NCBI GenBank assembly: GCA_964016885.1
Contig: OZ024745.1
Span: 61,566,001 to 61,630,000 of the forward strand
Direction: 5' to 3'
Source: Eledone cirrhosa
Taxonomy: Eukaryota
Length of the DNA stretch: 64,000 bases
The notes beneath the pieces are model-generated. The model was not told where the DNA came from and did no database searches. It saw nothing but the letters and a program-made list of their open reading frames with translations. Positions 14,684-29,692 of the stretch are shown one piece after another. Each line of letters opens with the position of its first letter. The stretch's first letter is position 1. Made by a program: the position numbers and the translations under genes.

Positions 14684-15290
14684 GCAGTGGATTGGCAGTA
14701 TTGGTAGGGTGTCGGACAACATGTTTTATGGCATAGAACTACGTCCCGTTACGTTTTGAGTCCAAATCCCGCCGAGTTTAGCTTTGCCTTAAGAAGTCGA
14801 TAAAATATAGTACCAGTCACGCACTGGAACCGATTTAATTGACTTTCCCCTCCTCTAAAAATTACTAGCTTTGTGCCTATATCAGAAATCATTATTTCCA
14901 CTACTATTAGTATCGGTAGAGGGTTGGACGCCATGCTTTCTAGCATAGTTACGTCCCTTTACAGTCTGAGTTTAAATCCCGCCGAGATTAACTTTGCCTT
15001 TCATCCTTACGGGGTCGATAAAATAAAGTACCAGTAATGTACTGGGTATTTGCTGGCCTTGTGCCTAAAGTAGAAACAATTATTTCCACTACTATTAGGT
15101 GCTGGATTGGCAGTATCGTTAGAGGGTAGAGCGCCGTGCTTTGACGCATAGAGTTACGGCCCTTTATATTCTGAGTTCAAATGCCCCCGAGGTTAACTTT
15201 GCCTTTCATCTTTACGGGGTCGATAAAATAAAGTACAAGTAATGCACTGGATAATTGCTGGCCTTGTGCCAAATGTAGAAACAATTATTT
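14684..15290 (+). mobile_element. Head-to-tail trimer of SINE family 1, flanked by (CTA)n
   Basis: Three units at about 14684-14897, 14909-15085 and 15098-15290, joined by attatttccactactattag. (CTA)n tracts lie at 14640-14682 and 15290-15371. Confidence 0.85.
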
Positions 15291-15371
<81 letters not shown>

Positions 15372-15671
15372 TCCAAGTCAGAATAAGATAGAGAAGCAGA
15401 GTCGAACTGGTATTTTATTTATTGAGCTTGAAAAGATGAAAAAATTGACCTCGACAGGATTTACCCCGGAAAAAATAGCAACAATTTAACAACGCTGCCA
15501 ATTCACCATATATAAAAGGGAGTTTATAATCACACACACACACACTGACACACACACACACGCACAAACACACACAAGTACACACAAACACACAAGTGAA
15601 AATTAATAAAGTATGGATTAACTCAGAGAGTGAAACGATGAGAACTGCTAGTGGAACGTTAATATAAATAG

Positions 15672-15885
15672 GTGGATTGGCAGTATCGGTAGAGTGTCGG
15701 ACAACATGTCTTATGGCATAGAGTTACGCCCCTTTACCGTCTCAGTTCAAATCCTGCCGAGGTTAGCTTTGCCTTTTCCTCATTACGGGCTCGATAAATA
15801 AAACACCAGTAACGTACTAGGGTCGATTTAATCGATTTTACCTTCCCCTAAAATTGTTGGCCTTGTCCCTATATCAGAAACCAAT
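15672..15885 (+). mobile_element. SINE family 1 copy (long-tail variant)
   Basis: ggtggattggcagtatcggtagagtgtcggac...gttcaaatcctgccgaggttagctttgcc...gggtcgatttaatcga...ggccttgtccctatatcagaaacc. Confidence 0.8.
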
Positions 15886-16289
15886 ATAAATATAGACTCG
15901 ATGTTACCATAGAAAATCTACAGCTGTGTCTCAACAATATATTTATACGAGCCGTGGTGCTCTACAATGTAGATAAGATGACTAATTAGATATCTTCCAG
16001 CTAATAACATTTATATTTTCTGCTCATTATTCAATAATCAAACAAAATTAGTAAAAAACAACTTCATATGAGTTTAAAGTGTGTTGAAATAACTTTGTGT
16101 TGAAATTATTAATTGGTTGTCATCATCAATAACATATCATTTGTACTCTTAGAATGAACTGTAGAATTTCAACTGACATCGCAAACAACATCAACGTAGT
16201 AGAATTCGAGTAATTCCATATCTGGCAACTCCGTCTCTCACAGTACCTTTACATAACATTTCATTATTAGGGCACCTTGCATAGGATTG

Positions 16290-16510
16290 TTGGATTAGCA
16301 ATATCGGTAGAGCGTTGGGCAGCATGCTTTGCGCAGCATATAGTCACGGCCCTTACCTTCTGAGTTCAAATCCCGTCGAGATTAGCTTTGCCTTTCATCC
16401 TTACGGAGTCGATACGATAAAGTACCAGTAAATCTCTGAGGTCGATTTAATCGTCTTTCCTCTTCCCTTCAAATATCTGGCCTTATGCCAAATGTAGAAT
16501 CAATTATTAG
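16290..16510 (+). mobile_element. SINE family 1 copy (long-tail variant)
   Basis: Same A-box, B-box and core as the other copies. Confidence 0.8.
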
Positions 16511-18019
16511 ATCTTGATTAGAAACACAAAGTAATCTACCGAAGCTTCGAAAAACCTTTTAATATGAAAGCTTTAAAGGGACATAATATACCTTAATCTA
16601 ACCTGGTGGCTAAAATTTCTGATAGATTTGTAGAAACACCAGCGTGACATATGTTGTGTTTTGTACATCTAAACTTAGCGCAGCATATCCATTTCCAGTA
16701 GTTGCGAAGAGGGAGAGAGTGAGGGAAAAGGGGAGAGGGAGGAAGTGAGAGGGTGAGGGAGTTGGTGAGGGAGTGAAAATCGACCCTAGTTATTGTTACT
16801 TAATCTATTCTGAAAGAAAGGCAAATTTAACCTCAGTGGGATTTGAACTCCGAGCGCAGTTGATTGAAACGAATACTGTATGGTATTCTATTTGACATTT
16901 AATAACTCTGCCAATTTGTCACCTTTCAGGGTAAAATATAATCGATTTCAATTGAATTAACTCCAGTTCTTGATCTGTTGAATGTTTTATTTATTCTGGA
17001 AGGATGAAAGGCAAAGTCGACACAAGTGGGACTTGAACTAAAAACTCTACCTTTTCTAACCTTTCATTGTCATATATGCTGCAATTAAATTATAAACTGT
17101 GATAAAAAATAAATTGTTTGCAAATGAGGCTTGGATGCTTTACCTCTAGTAGGTATTAACATGCAGATAACATGGTACACGCACAGACGTTAAATCGCTG
17201 CTTTTAATTTCAATCTTTATTTTACCTATTAGTATATAAGATTCCACACTGATGCATATGCAGAATCTACAAATAACATATAATGACGAGTTTTGTTCGA
17301 ACAATTAGCTTTAAGTCTTCCTCACCATTGGAAATCGGACGCCAACCTGTTATTATCAACGATAATTATCATCAGTTTTCAGAGATTTGACCGCTGAAAC
17401 TTTTCTAACTTCCTTTATCTTTTACATTAAGTCTATATTTATTATAGACTTACAGATTCCGATTTAAATCTTTGCATTGAAATAATGTCTTTGGACATTC
17501 CATTAAAAAAAAAAAATCTTAAAACCTCAGACCAGAGGATTATTTTAGCAATCGTGTCAAGTCTGCAGCAGAAAATACGAAATATACATAGAACAACTCG
17601 ATATATGAATTTGTAGTATACTAAATAAGAGGTCATTATTTAAAAAATCTAGAGTCAGTTTATGTTTAGAGATGATTTATCCCCCAGGATAATAATAATT
17701 CGGGATACAACAACCTTCATTTTCATCTGTTCGTCAGACGTTTCTGAAATCTTTCTTTCTTAGGTAATCTCTTTTGTTTTCACACACACACACACACGTA
17801 CACACAGACACACGCACACACGTACACACACACACAGAGAAAAACATACACATTTGTGATTTTTATGTAATCTAAGTGATTACTAGTTGTTTGATTTGCA
17901 GTTGATATAACAATTGCTTCAATTAATCTAGCAGATGAACAAAGCCACGTTATACCCTATTAGTACGACTTCGACTAGTTTGTGGCATGTAAACAACGTC
18001 ACTAATGAGACTATGGGAT

Positions 18020-18500
18020 TATAAGAAATAGCAAGAGGGGGGGGGGAGAATGTATATAGAAAGGAAGAAAGAATAAAATATAGAAAAATATAGATATGGT
18101 GAAAGGGAACAAAAGGAGATCGAGAGAGAAATAAGGAGAAAGAGAAAGAAAGAGAGAGTGAGATGAGAGGGAGAGAGAAAAGGAGAAAGATTGTCAATGT
18201 AAAGAAGGTAAAAAAGTTCTTCTCTCAGATAAAATATAAAAGAAAGAAGTGTGAAGAAAGAAAGAAGGAAAAAGAGACAAACAGATAGATAAAGCAACAG
18301 AGAATGAGATGGAGGATGGGGATAGGAAAATAAAAGCATAAGAGGTAAGAGAAAGTGGGAGGAGAAAGAGAGAAAAGATAGATAGATGAAAAAGAGAAAG
18401 AGAGTGTGAACAGGAGAGAAGGAAAAAAAGAATTTAAACGATAATTTAAATAGAAAAAAGAAAAGAAGTTCTGATCCACAAAAGTTGAAGAGAGTATGAA
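18020..18500. repeat. Polypurine (GA-rich) low-complexity tract
   Basis: Strongly A/G-rich on the + strand. It gives the F/L/S-rich minus-strand ORFs. Confidence 0.85.
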
Positions 18501-19274
18501 ACACATAGGTACTCACCCAAACACATGCAGAATTCTAGAAATGTAGTGGCTTTCTCTGTCGGCAAAACATATTAAGAATTGAAGTCCTTATCAGCATTTT
18601 AGAAAATTTCTCCATCCACGAATCCACATTAGTTATATATATATATATATAAATTTATTACGGCTAAATAGTGAGTCTTGTTACTCTGGAGTTTCATCTG
18701 CGCACTCATAGGATCATCAGTGTTGTCTGTACACACACACACACACACACACGCACACATACATTGAAGGCATATATTAGTTTAATGTTTGATATAGTAG
18801 GAAAATAGTTTTAAAGTTTCGGGTGCTAGTTCTTCATCAGAAAATACAATGAGAAATACAAGAAGAAATTGTAAGATAGAGGAGAGAGATAGAAGCGGAG
18901 AAACAGAAAAAAGTCCCCATATATATGTGGCAGAACTGAATCCCTGTTGATGAAATGAATACTTTGTTCGATCATGGAATACCACGAGCGTGCGTGTTAC
19001 GTAAGTTGGATAAATGATTTCGGATTCATAGAAACACTTTAGACGTATATCGTTTGATTTGTCCAGGTGTACCTTCCTAACCTGTTAGTTCTTTCGTTAC
19101 TTTGGTATTGTGTGATTGGGTATTGCCTACCGCAATGTTCAATTTGTCAAGTTATTTAAACGTATGTTATTACTCTAAGGACCTACCCTTATTGAGTGCT
19201 TTGCTAACTCATTCCTATTGTCGGTCGACTTTGCTTGCCCACAGCCAAAGCTTAGATTTTTCTAAGCTTCCACT

Positions 19275-19329
<55 letters not shown>

Positions 19330-20266
19330 CGTACGCACATCTTTAGGAAACGAATTGATTCGGATTAAATGCCTCAGTATATATTTCAGCTCAAAAGCTG
19401 CCAAGTTCAACTTTGCAGTTCAATCTTTTCAATGTCAATGAACAAATTACTAGTCAAGGCGCGGCGGAATATTTTAATTGTTGGACAAATAATTTTTGGA
19501 TTCTGAATTCAAATCTTGTTACTGGGAAAACGGTGATGCTTTTGTCGGTAATTGTTCAACAGATAGTTTCTTTGGTCTGACCTGATCACCGACTTTCTTT
19601 ACTGAAAATAATTCGCTATATATTCCATTTATTTCATAGACAGACACGTACACACACAAACTTTGGCACTCATTGGGGATGAGGGGTTTAAAGTTTACAA
19701 CCCTGTTTTGATTCTTGCTTAAAGCGTATTCATTTCACAGGAAGAATTAATGATTCTGAGAAAGCTCCATAGCGTGTATCATAAGAGAAGTGAACCTGCA
19801 ACAAATTATTTGTGGCAGTCTCACCAATAACTTTTTTTAGAGCTATTAAATGTTTAGTGAAGTTACGGAGACAGTAAATGAAAAAAAAATTTCTGCAGAT
19901 TAAAGTAGAACGAACTTAATCACAACAAACACAACGACAATATCATCAACAAAAAATAAAATCCTTTTCATGGATGTATTACTTCCTCAATAAATCATAG
20001 AATTTTTCTAAATACACGGACGATTCACACAATTTTCCAATAAAAATAGTATAAAGAATATAAGAAAGAAATATATAATTATAAAGATGATCGACAATGA
20101 GAAGAAATGAATATTCTTTTAAGTATTTGGTTTTAGTGTGTTAGGTTTGTATTTGTGTGAGGATTATAATGGTGCTGTCTGAACGAGCATGTCCCTATAA
20201 AGCAGTATCTTGAGAAAGATATGGATGGTTAATTCTACAAAATAGGATATAAATCTCTTTCTCTCG

Positions 20267-20364
<98 letters not shown>

Positions 20365-20390
20365 ATATATATATACATATTTATATATAT

Positions 20391-20425
<35 letters not shown>

Positions 20426-21123
20426 TACATATGTGTGTGTATGTGTATGTGCGTGTGTTTGTATTCAAAGATAAGATTTTCTTGATAACAAAACAGTTCA
20501 TAGGGAAATTTAAATAGGCACTTAAAAGATGGTTAATATTAATATTGTTTCGCGCAGTAAGAAGAGGAAAAAAAAAAAAGCGCAAATATACAAACACACA
20601 CACACATGCACATACAGATACACCCACACACACACATACATAAATACACACACACTACATACACATATATGTATGCAGTGGCGTATATGCATACTTATAT
20701 ACATGTAACCTTCATAAACACAAAAGCCTGACATCTTGTAACTTATAAGCATAAACCGGAGAATTGAATAACTTTGGCAGTGTATGTTGCAGGTAAGAGA
20801 GCTGGAAACTCAGTTGTCATTCGTCTGTGTGATTCCGAATATTGATAAGTGCGATACATTGGTTTTATATTGGCTTATAAGCACATGGCTAGTTGAAATA
20901 TTTTCTTCATGCTTCTCAAGTTAAAGAGGTCGTGTAATGCCATTGATTTCTGAAATAATGTAGCGCAATAATCAAATATCTATCAGCAATATTAGCTATT
21001 TCTGCATGTATGTGTATGTATGTGCAGGTGTATTTGCGTAAATATATTATTATAAACGATATATGATATATTTGTAATAGTGACTATATCTGTGTGAAAT
21101 CTTTGCAATTACAAACAGTTACG

Positions 21124-21228
<105 letters not shown>

Positions 21229-22333
21229 GCGCGCACACACGCACACACACACACACACTTATAATTATATGTATGGTGGGGAGGGCGATGAATGCCTGCA
21301 CATACATGTGTACACAAATAAAAAGATTATCGAAAAAAAAAGTATTCCCCAACCTTTTTTACTTTATTTCACTGACATAGTTTACGAGAAGAACATACCA
21401 GTGACTCAATTGTTCTGTACATTTCTCCTCTACTAACAAATAACTACTTACTCACTGCAACGGTGTGAATTAGAAGAACTTAAGGACTCTTACCTACAAG
21501 GTTTTGCCTCTGTTTTTGCCGCATTTTGGTAGTCATTATATACAGCATTTTAGAATCGATTTAAACGCATTATTTATTGCAGTGGAATAAGTGAAGAGAA
21601 TGTTTATATCTGGTCAACATGTCTTCACCGTTGGAATTCGACATTTCAACATAGATTTGTTAGATATAACAACATTTCGATCGAAGCTAGTTTTCCAGTG
21701 ACGCATACGTTCTCATCAAATTAATAGAAAGCTTAGAATCGTGGCAATGCAATGAAATATGCAGCTAAATCCGCCCTCGCTGGTTGGGCATAAACATAGC
21801 AATAATGTTCAATCCAATCAGAAGATATATTAAATTAAATCGGATAGCAATTTAATGATTTGAAAGCATTTTATTATTGAACTACCTAGCTCTTTTAAAT
21901 AATTTATTAAAAGTCTCCCGTTTGCGTATTTTAAGATTGCATTTATCACTTATAGTATCACAATGAAAGCGAGAATTTTCAAATATTTTCTATTACTGTG
22001 TAGGTTTCCGTGTCTCTTTTAGAAATGCAAGTGAAGAATTTCTTTCCATACAGTGCTAATGACTTCAAAAAGATCTTATATTATTCTTTTGATATCTGCA
22101 CACATAACTAAACCAAATATCAGCTAACATTTATCGTATCCTTCATACATCACCATACATGAGATATTTCACTGAGTTGCCATTAAAAACTCTATGAAAT
22201 AGAGCTAAATAAGATTATCGATCAAACTTTTATTGGGTCTCCCAAAAAATTGTGAAGATTGAAGTAACACGTTTGATGTAAAAAATAAAATAATAGAGGT
22301 GATGGTAGGGTGCATTAGTAGGATATTATGTAT

Positions 22334-22447
<114 letters not shown>

Positions 22448-22856
22448 ACACACACATACACACACACACACAATCATATATATATATATTTCCTAAGCTG
22501 ACTAGTTGATGAGATCATTACTGTTGATAAGCCTATACACTTCTTTAAGAACCCTGAACACTTATAAAAAATGAACACTTATAAAAATTGAACACATCTA
22601 CAAAAATTAAAATATGCTACTTGCATACCTGATATATGGAAAATTGCACAAGGAAAATTGCACAAGGGAACACCGAAAAGGAAGGAAATATAAATAACAA
22701 ACACCAAAGACAATGAACGAAACAGACAAAAAAGCGTTGATACACCCTAGACTATCCCCGTAATTATAATCACTGCGATTCTAAAAGGATAGCTACTCCA
22801 TATCTAGAGTATTTACAACTGTGAATAACAAGCAACTGGGAAATGTGAATAGGAGA

Positions 22857-23292
22857 CAATACAAGGGCGGTGGATTGGCAGGATCGGTAGAGCGTCGGAA
22901 AACATGCTTTGCAGCATAGAGTTATGGCCTTTTATGTTCTGAGATCAATCTCGCCGAGGTTAGCTTTGCCTTTCATCCTTACGGGGTCGATAAAATAAAG
23001 TACCAGTAATACACTGGGATAATTGCTGGCCTTGTGCCAAAAGTAGAAACAATTGTTACACAATACAAGGGCAGTGGATTGGCAGGATCGGTAGAGCGTC
23101 GGAAAACATGCTTTGCGGCATAGAGTTATGGCCTTTTATGTTCTGAGATCAATCCCGCCGAGGTTAGCTTTGCCTTTCATCCTTACAGGGTCGATAAAAA
23201 AAGTACCAGTAATGCACTGAGGTCGATTTAATTGACTTTCCCTTTCCCCGCAAAAATTGTTGGCTTTGTGCCTAATTTATAAACCATTATTA
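22857..23292 (+). mobile_element. Head-to-tail dimer of SINE family 1
   Basis: Two near-identical units, each preceded by caatacaagggc (22857 and 23061). The first has the short tail and the second has the long tail. Confidence 0.85.
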
Positions 23293-24339
23293 GATAATAC
23301 ATACTAAAATATAATGAATTTATGACTTTCCCTTTCCTTCTTTTCTCCAGTTCTCCTGGGTATTTCTTTCTATATGTAAATAGTCATGTAACAATGCGGA
23401 CATCACTCGTTATATATTCCCCTTCATAATATGAAGCACTCGCCCAAGTACCATATGCCTGTGTACATTGGCATGCATATTACCATAGCTCTTGTTCGTG
23501 GTTTCACGTAGGTTATGATAGTTTCTGATGTACGGTGTAGGCGTTGATCTCACAAATATAAATAAGATCATATCATATGTTTCTCCATTCGGCATGGTTA
23601 CAAAACAGACTAAAGTGTGATAACTTATTTAATATTTTTCTATTTTCAGAAAGACATACAATGAATGGCTAGAATTCCTCTTGGCGTATAAACCAATTAA
23701 TCTCTTGGAACCGGATACACATTTGTCGTTACATACAAACATTTTAAAGGTTTTAATCCTAGAATTAATATTTCGATGCAAGGCAATATATATTTAGTAT
23801 ATCAGTAGGTTATAAATATCACATATGCTTTCATGTACATAGATTTGTGACAATTTTGCAGCAAGGCGCTTCATTATATTTTGATCGTATTAGAATTGTA
23901 TAATCGCAGCCATACAACATGGGCTGCTTATTGCTAACATCATGCTACTTTTGACAAGGTATATTTCCGCACGACAATTTCGTCTACTAGTTCTTGAATC
24001 CATTTGCGAGATGTCGTCTCATGACTTGGGGAGATGTTTGTCGTTATATCTAATATTGTTTTGACGCACAACTAAAATGGTTTTAGGCGTATAAATATGC
24101 TATAAACATTAACTATTTTTTCATGTATTAAACATCTTGCGTGCGCACACACATGTATATAAAGATGGAGAGAAAGAGACTGTGGTAGGATGGAAAACGA
24201 CAGTGAGGATAAGAAAATACCTTGATTCATAGGTTCGAGAAAATAGCGAGAAAATGGATCAGGGAAATAATATAAAAAAATCAAAGAGTTATATGAAAAA
24301 ATGGAGGGAGCCCATATATATTGGTAAACGCTTTGGCAC

Positions 24340-24448
<109 letters not shown>

Positions 24449-24451
24449 TGT

Positions 24452-24487
<36 letters not shown>

Positions 24488-24956
24488 AATATTATAAAGA
24501 AAGCAAGGATATGAAATTATATTTATTCCTTCATTTCTACGCTTGTTTCAATACGGTTATAATGTTATATCCATTTTAGAATAACTGGACATTTAACTAC
24601 ATCATACATGTTACATACAATCCGTTACATAGAATAAAGAAGATATAAATGAGGTTTATCAACAACCTCACAACGTTTAAAGAACAACAACAATATCAAC
24701 AACATTCAACGTAAATCAATCAGATTTTAAGGCATGTTATCAGATGGAAGCTTTTTAAAAAGCCACGCAAGGCTATATTTTTAATTGTGATTTCTATGTC
24801 ATTAAATTGTAGTGAATGGGTCTATGTACAGTTTATCTATTCAAATCAACCTGTAAATGAGTTTAACTACTCCCATTAATACTATAATATTAATACAACT
24901 ATTATATATATATATATATACCGATTATGTTGATATTACTGTTTACGTTTTACACA

Positions 24957-24987
<31 letters not shown>

Positions 24988-25099
24988 TATATATATATAT
25001 ATAATTCTATCATTACTATTATTAAATTCGTTTTTCTAAAGGGTCTGGGTCTTTTAGTTAGGGAGCAGTGAACAAGTTGACAAGGGTCTCTCACTACCT

Positions 25100-25480
25100 T
25101 CTCTCCTGTGCCTTACTTAGACTAGACTTTCCTTAAAATTCTTGTTGTACCAAGAAGTGTGTCTTCTACGTGACCTGTAACCTTGCATCAATTCCGATTA
25201 CACAGTCCTCAAAATTGTGCATTCGAATTCTCCGAGCACCACTGGAATCACTGAAACCTTCTTCACCCCACGCCCAGAACCTTCAAACTTCCTTCGTCAG
25301 TTGCTACTATTTCCAAAGCACCTAAATCCACGTTGCTATATATTTTCAATATATAGTAGATCCCTTGCTTTCTGTGATCATTTTTGATATCCTTTTCTGT
25401 TCCTAGGAAAGTAGATGTGGAAGTATATATTATCAGCTGTCAATAGTTTTTATATCAGTAGTACACATGTGTTAGACCTA
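25100..25480 (-). pseudogene. Decayed 3' end of an RLE-type (R4/Dong-like) retrotransposon
   Basis: The minus strand encodes VSVIPVVLG...LLGTTRILRKV, resembling the C-terminus LLGTARTLRYVL of the element at 48.1 kb. Confidence 0.55.
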
Positions 25481-28400
25481 TAGTTGATCACCTCAGTTCC
25501 TTTTATTCTATATTTCAGTATACAGTGTAATTCTATTAGGTATTTATATGCGTCAGTACATACGCGTGTATTGTTTTTCAATCAAAACTTTGAACTCCAT
25601 CTAGCTCCAGGAAATTTCAATTTGGTATTTTTCTTCAATCTCTTTATTATATTTTCTTTTATCATTTGGTTGTGTTTTGAAATTCTATTCCCAATTGTTT
25701 TATCTAAAGAACGTTTAGTATTCCAGTATTTATTCACATCTGGCACTTCATTTTCTTATTGTTCTTCTGAACACTTACTTTCTTTTATTATTCATGAACG
25801 TTGTTTTGTTTACATTGCTTTATCTGTTGAATATATTTAGTTATTTTCCCTGTCAAGATTTCTTATTATTTCTTCTCTGTGTACATCTATCTTGTTTTAA
25901 TTGATAGTGTTTTATTTGTTGATTTTTGTTTTGTTTTGGTTTATGTGTCTGCCTGTGTTTTTGCTTGGTAGGTCTAGAAGGAAGGGCACTGCTCTTGGCC
26001 TGATTCGTTGTTGTTGTTGTTGCTTTTGATGTTACTTTATTTTTGTATTCCTTTCGGTAATTAAGTATATCTCTCCCATAGATTTTTAAAAAGATAATTT
26101 TATTTGTTCTTCCCGTCTCGTTTACCGCCATAACCTTGTACTGTTCAGACTGTGTTTTATGTGTAATATTGTTGGTGTAGATCAACAATATTTCAGAACA
26201 TGGGTGGAAGGGGGTCGTTTTCTCATAATATCACTAAAGTCTCTTCTGAGATTTAATTATTATTTTACAGTTATTTTCATTTTATTACGTGTTCTTTCGC
26301 TACACTTGCAGCTATTTGGACCTTGTTAATGTGATGTGTTCGGTTTTAGTCTTGTATTTCAATCGTAAAGAGTATATTCAACGTAATATGTGTGTAATGC
26401 TTAATAAAGCTATTGCCTCTATATTGTGTCTATTTATAAGTCCCTTGATTTTCGCTAGATATTTGTTTGCATGTTTTATACTCATTCCCAAAGTATCTGT
26501 TATAATTATTGAATATTGTTTCCGTTTTCAGTATCAAAATTATAGCTATCTCTATTTCCAGCTGTTTATATATAGATAATTACACCACCATCCCCAGCTT
26601 TTTAGAGATACTCTATCTTCGGTTAAGGCTTATACTTCGATTAAGATGCCTTTTTTCTTGGTTATTCCTGGCACCTGACAATATTATCCAGTAGATTTGT
26701 TTTGATCTACCTGTTAATGTGAGTTAGCATATCCCAGAGTATATACATATGATTCTTCTATGTCTATACAAGCATACACTTCTTGGTAATACGCCCAAGA
26801 TTTCACGAAGATCTACCTAAGGGGAAATATTGGGTCAACTGTGCTACGCCCGTGGTGAAAACCACACTGTTGATCAGATAGCTTGGACACAGCAATACTC
26901 CTATATCTCATTGCCAGGCAGCGCATACATTTTTACCGGAGAAGCTTAACAAGGAGATTCCTCTATAATCAGAGCAATCTTGTCTCCATTTTTTAATTGG
27001 AATTCTCACTCCCAATTCCCATTGCTTTGGTCCCTTTCCAGAGATCCAGACAACCTGGTACACGCGAGTTAATCAGAGCATACCTCTTTATTAAGGCTTT
27101 ATCATCTCGGGGCGAATTTCATCGTCCTCGGCAGCCTTGCCAAATTTGAGCAATTTAATTGCCCTAATTACCAGAGTTACAGGTGCTTCGGCCGTTTCTG
27201 GTGAGACAACTTTGATTCTTTGTTGCAATTAAAACTCTTCCAGTTTCATCTTTGTGACCCTCACTTTTCCGCCAGTTCTATGATTTGGTTTTGTCTATAC
27301 CCACCATTTTCAGTTTTCTTGAGCACCGGGTATGTTGCGGAGTTTCTTGCCATCGCTTTAGCCTCTTGTTCCATTTTAGCTTTTTTTATAACTTGTGGTT
27401 GAGTTTCACCTTTATCCTCACAACTGCCAGGGATTTTAGCTTCTGTTTGTTTGTTTGTTTGTTTGTTTGTTGGTTTTGGGCTTCCTTAAAGTCAGAAAAT
27501 AGTTTGTTTGTTCATATTTGGCAGCTATTTGTATTTCTATTCTATTATGTCTTTATTAGATATTATTGTAGTCATACACATAGTAATATGTCATATTGAA
27601 GAAATCATTTGTAGGTCGATTGCATGATCAAGAAAATCCTTGTCCTGTCCATGCTGTACTTTACTATATTATCCAATGTGGCTCGTTCTTTTTAAGACGG
27701 TAGATGTGATTTGAATGAGATTCGGCTTCTTTATCTAGCAGGTCGAGATCGCGAGCAAATAATATAGCCACTACCATCTGACAGCATAATCAGTAGGAAG
27801 ATCCTGCATTATATAATCAAATAGATCTGTTCTTCAGAAGCTTGCTGATGTATCTCTATTATATTGCTACAAAAAAAATAAATAAAGGGTTCGGTTTGCT
27901 GTAACCAAAACTATATTTCTTTTCCATCTGTTGCTGATAAGATCGTATCTAAGATCAACGTTAACAAGAGCTAAACTAATTTGTCTTTACATTGTAGGGA
28001 TTTACTGTTTCATTGGAGGGAGGTATAATATTCACTCTTTGTCAGATCCAAAAATTCAGAGAAAAGATTTTTTAATCATATATGAGGTGTTTTAGTTTAT
28101 CTGCACAATGTGATTGATTCACACACTATAGAGATACAGATCACATAGTGCTCCATGTTTTCCAAATAATATAGTTTGGATTATACTATATCCTTTCCTA
28201 GTGCATTTTGTACACTTATGCTTCATCTCGTCAGGCAGTTCTGCTCGACAATGGAGAATTCTAACATATAATCAGAAAATTAGTCTGAACAATTAATTCT
28301 GTTTCATTGCTTTATTGTTTTTTAATCTCTGCAAAGACGCTGAACAAAATGTGAAAGGAATAGAATATTTATTAAGGATTTTCTATTTGCTGACGTACAT

Positions 28401-28619
28401 ATTACATTAGTCAATGTACAGTATAAGGTGAGGAATTTCATATTAAGTGCGTATCTGTAGCACAGTGCATTAGATTCGATAGTTTAGAAACATTTTTTTT
28501 TTTACATGAGAGCTAACATTCCAAAAGTAACCCAACTGAATATGTCTTCCAACAATTCTGGTTCATTTATAGCTATTTATTAACTTGTGCAGCGACGGTT
28601 ATTCTGATATTCTGGTAGT

Positions 28620-28728
<109 letters not shown>

Positions 28729-29558
28729 TTTAAATAGTCTATCCAAGTAATACTGTCAAATTGTAAACACGAACATCTATACAGTTTATCACCATAAAAA
28801 AGATAACAAAAATAAAACATAAAATAAAGATAAAAAAAGACCACCACAACAAAACACCAACAATAAAATATTCCTATCTTTGACTTGATGACAAAACGCC
28901 TTGCTGATGCCGATACCAAGAATTTTGTTTTCACCGAATTTCTGATCGTGAAAAGCTTCTGGTGTGTAACGTATCCTGTTACTTAATATTGGCTGGTAAT
29001 TTATATAACATAATATTTGGGTTTCTTAGGAATCGTAAGATATACAAAATTGGATTTTGTCAAATAGTTCGCTCTTATCTTATTTTTTATATTTTCTTTT
29101 TACGGATGTCATACGATGTTATCGCAGAGATGAAGAAAAGTAAAAAATAAATAAATAAATAAATATTTCTATTGACCTCCTATCCTTATATCGGAACATC
29201 GTATATATTTACTCTTTCACTCCATATGTCATCTGTCTACATAACCTTTCCAATTCAGGTAAAGTTCCTTTCATTTTATTTCTATATTAGTAATATCTTC
29301 TGTGAGCAAAGCTATACATATTGAAAATTGATAACTCTCATTGCAGTAACCGATAAACATTGACCGATAGAAGCTTTATTGAGCTTCCTAGAGCTTTATT
29401 GATTGTAGGAATTTATATCATAGTAGCAGACAAAAAGAAAACATCGTAGTAAACAGTTTTATTGACTCTTACTGATTATACGGTCTATATATATATACAC
29501 ACGCACATATATATGAGTATACACACACACACATATATATATGAGTATACACACACAA

Positions 29559-29692
<134 letters not shown>

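Noticed and set aside
14684-14790. SINE heads as tRNA genes
   Set aside because: A and B boxes are present, but there is no complete cloverleaf and they are always followed by the SINE body.
23640-23790. Possible host exon after a tttcag acceptor (KTYNEWLEFLLAYKP...)
   Set aside because: There is no recognisable homology, no convincing donor site and no partner exons. It cannot be supported without RNA-seq.
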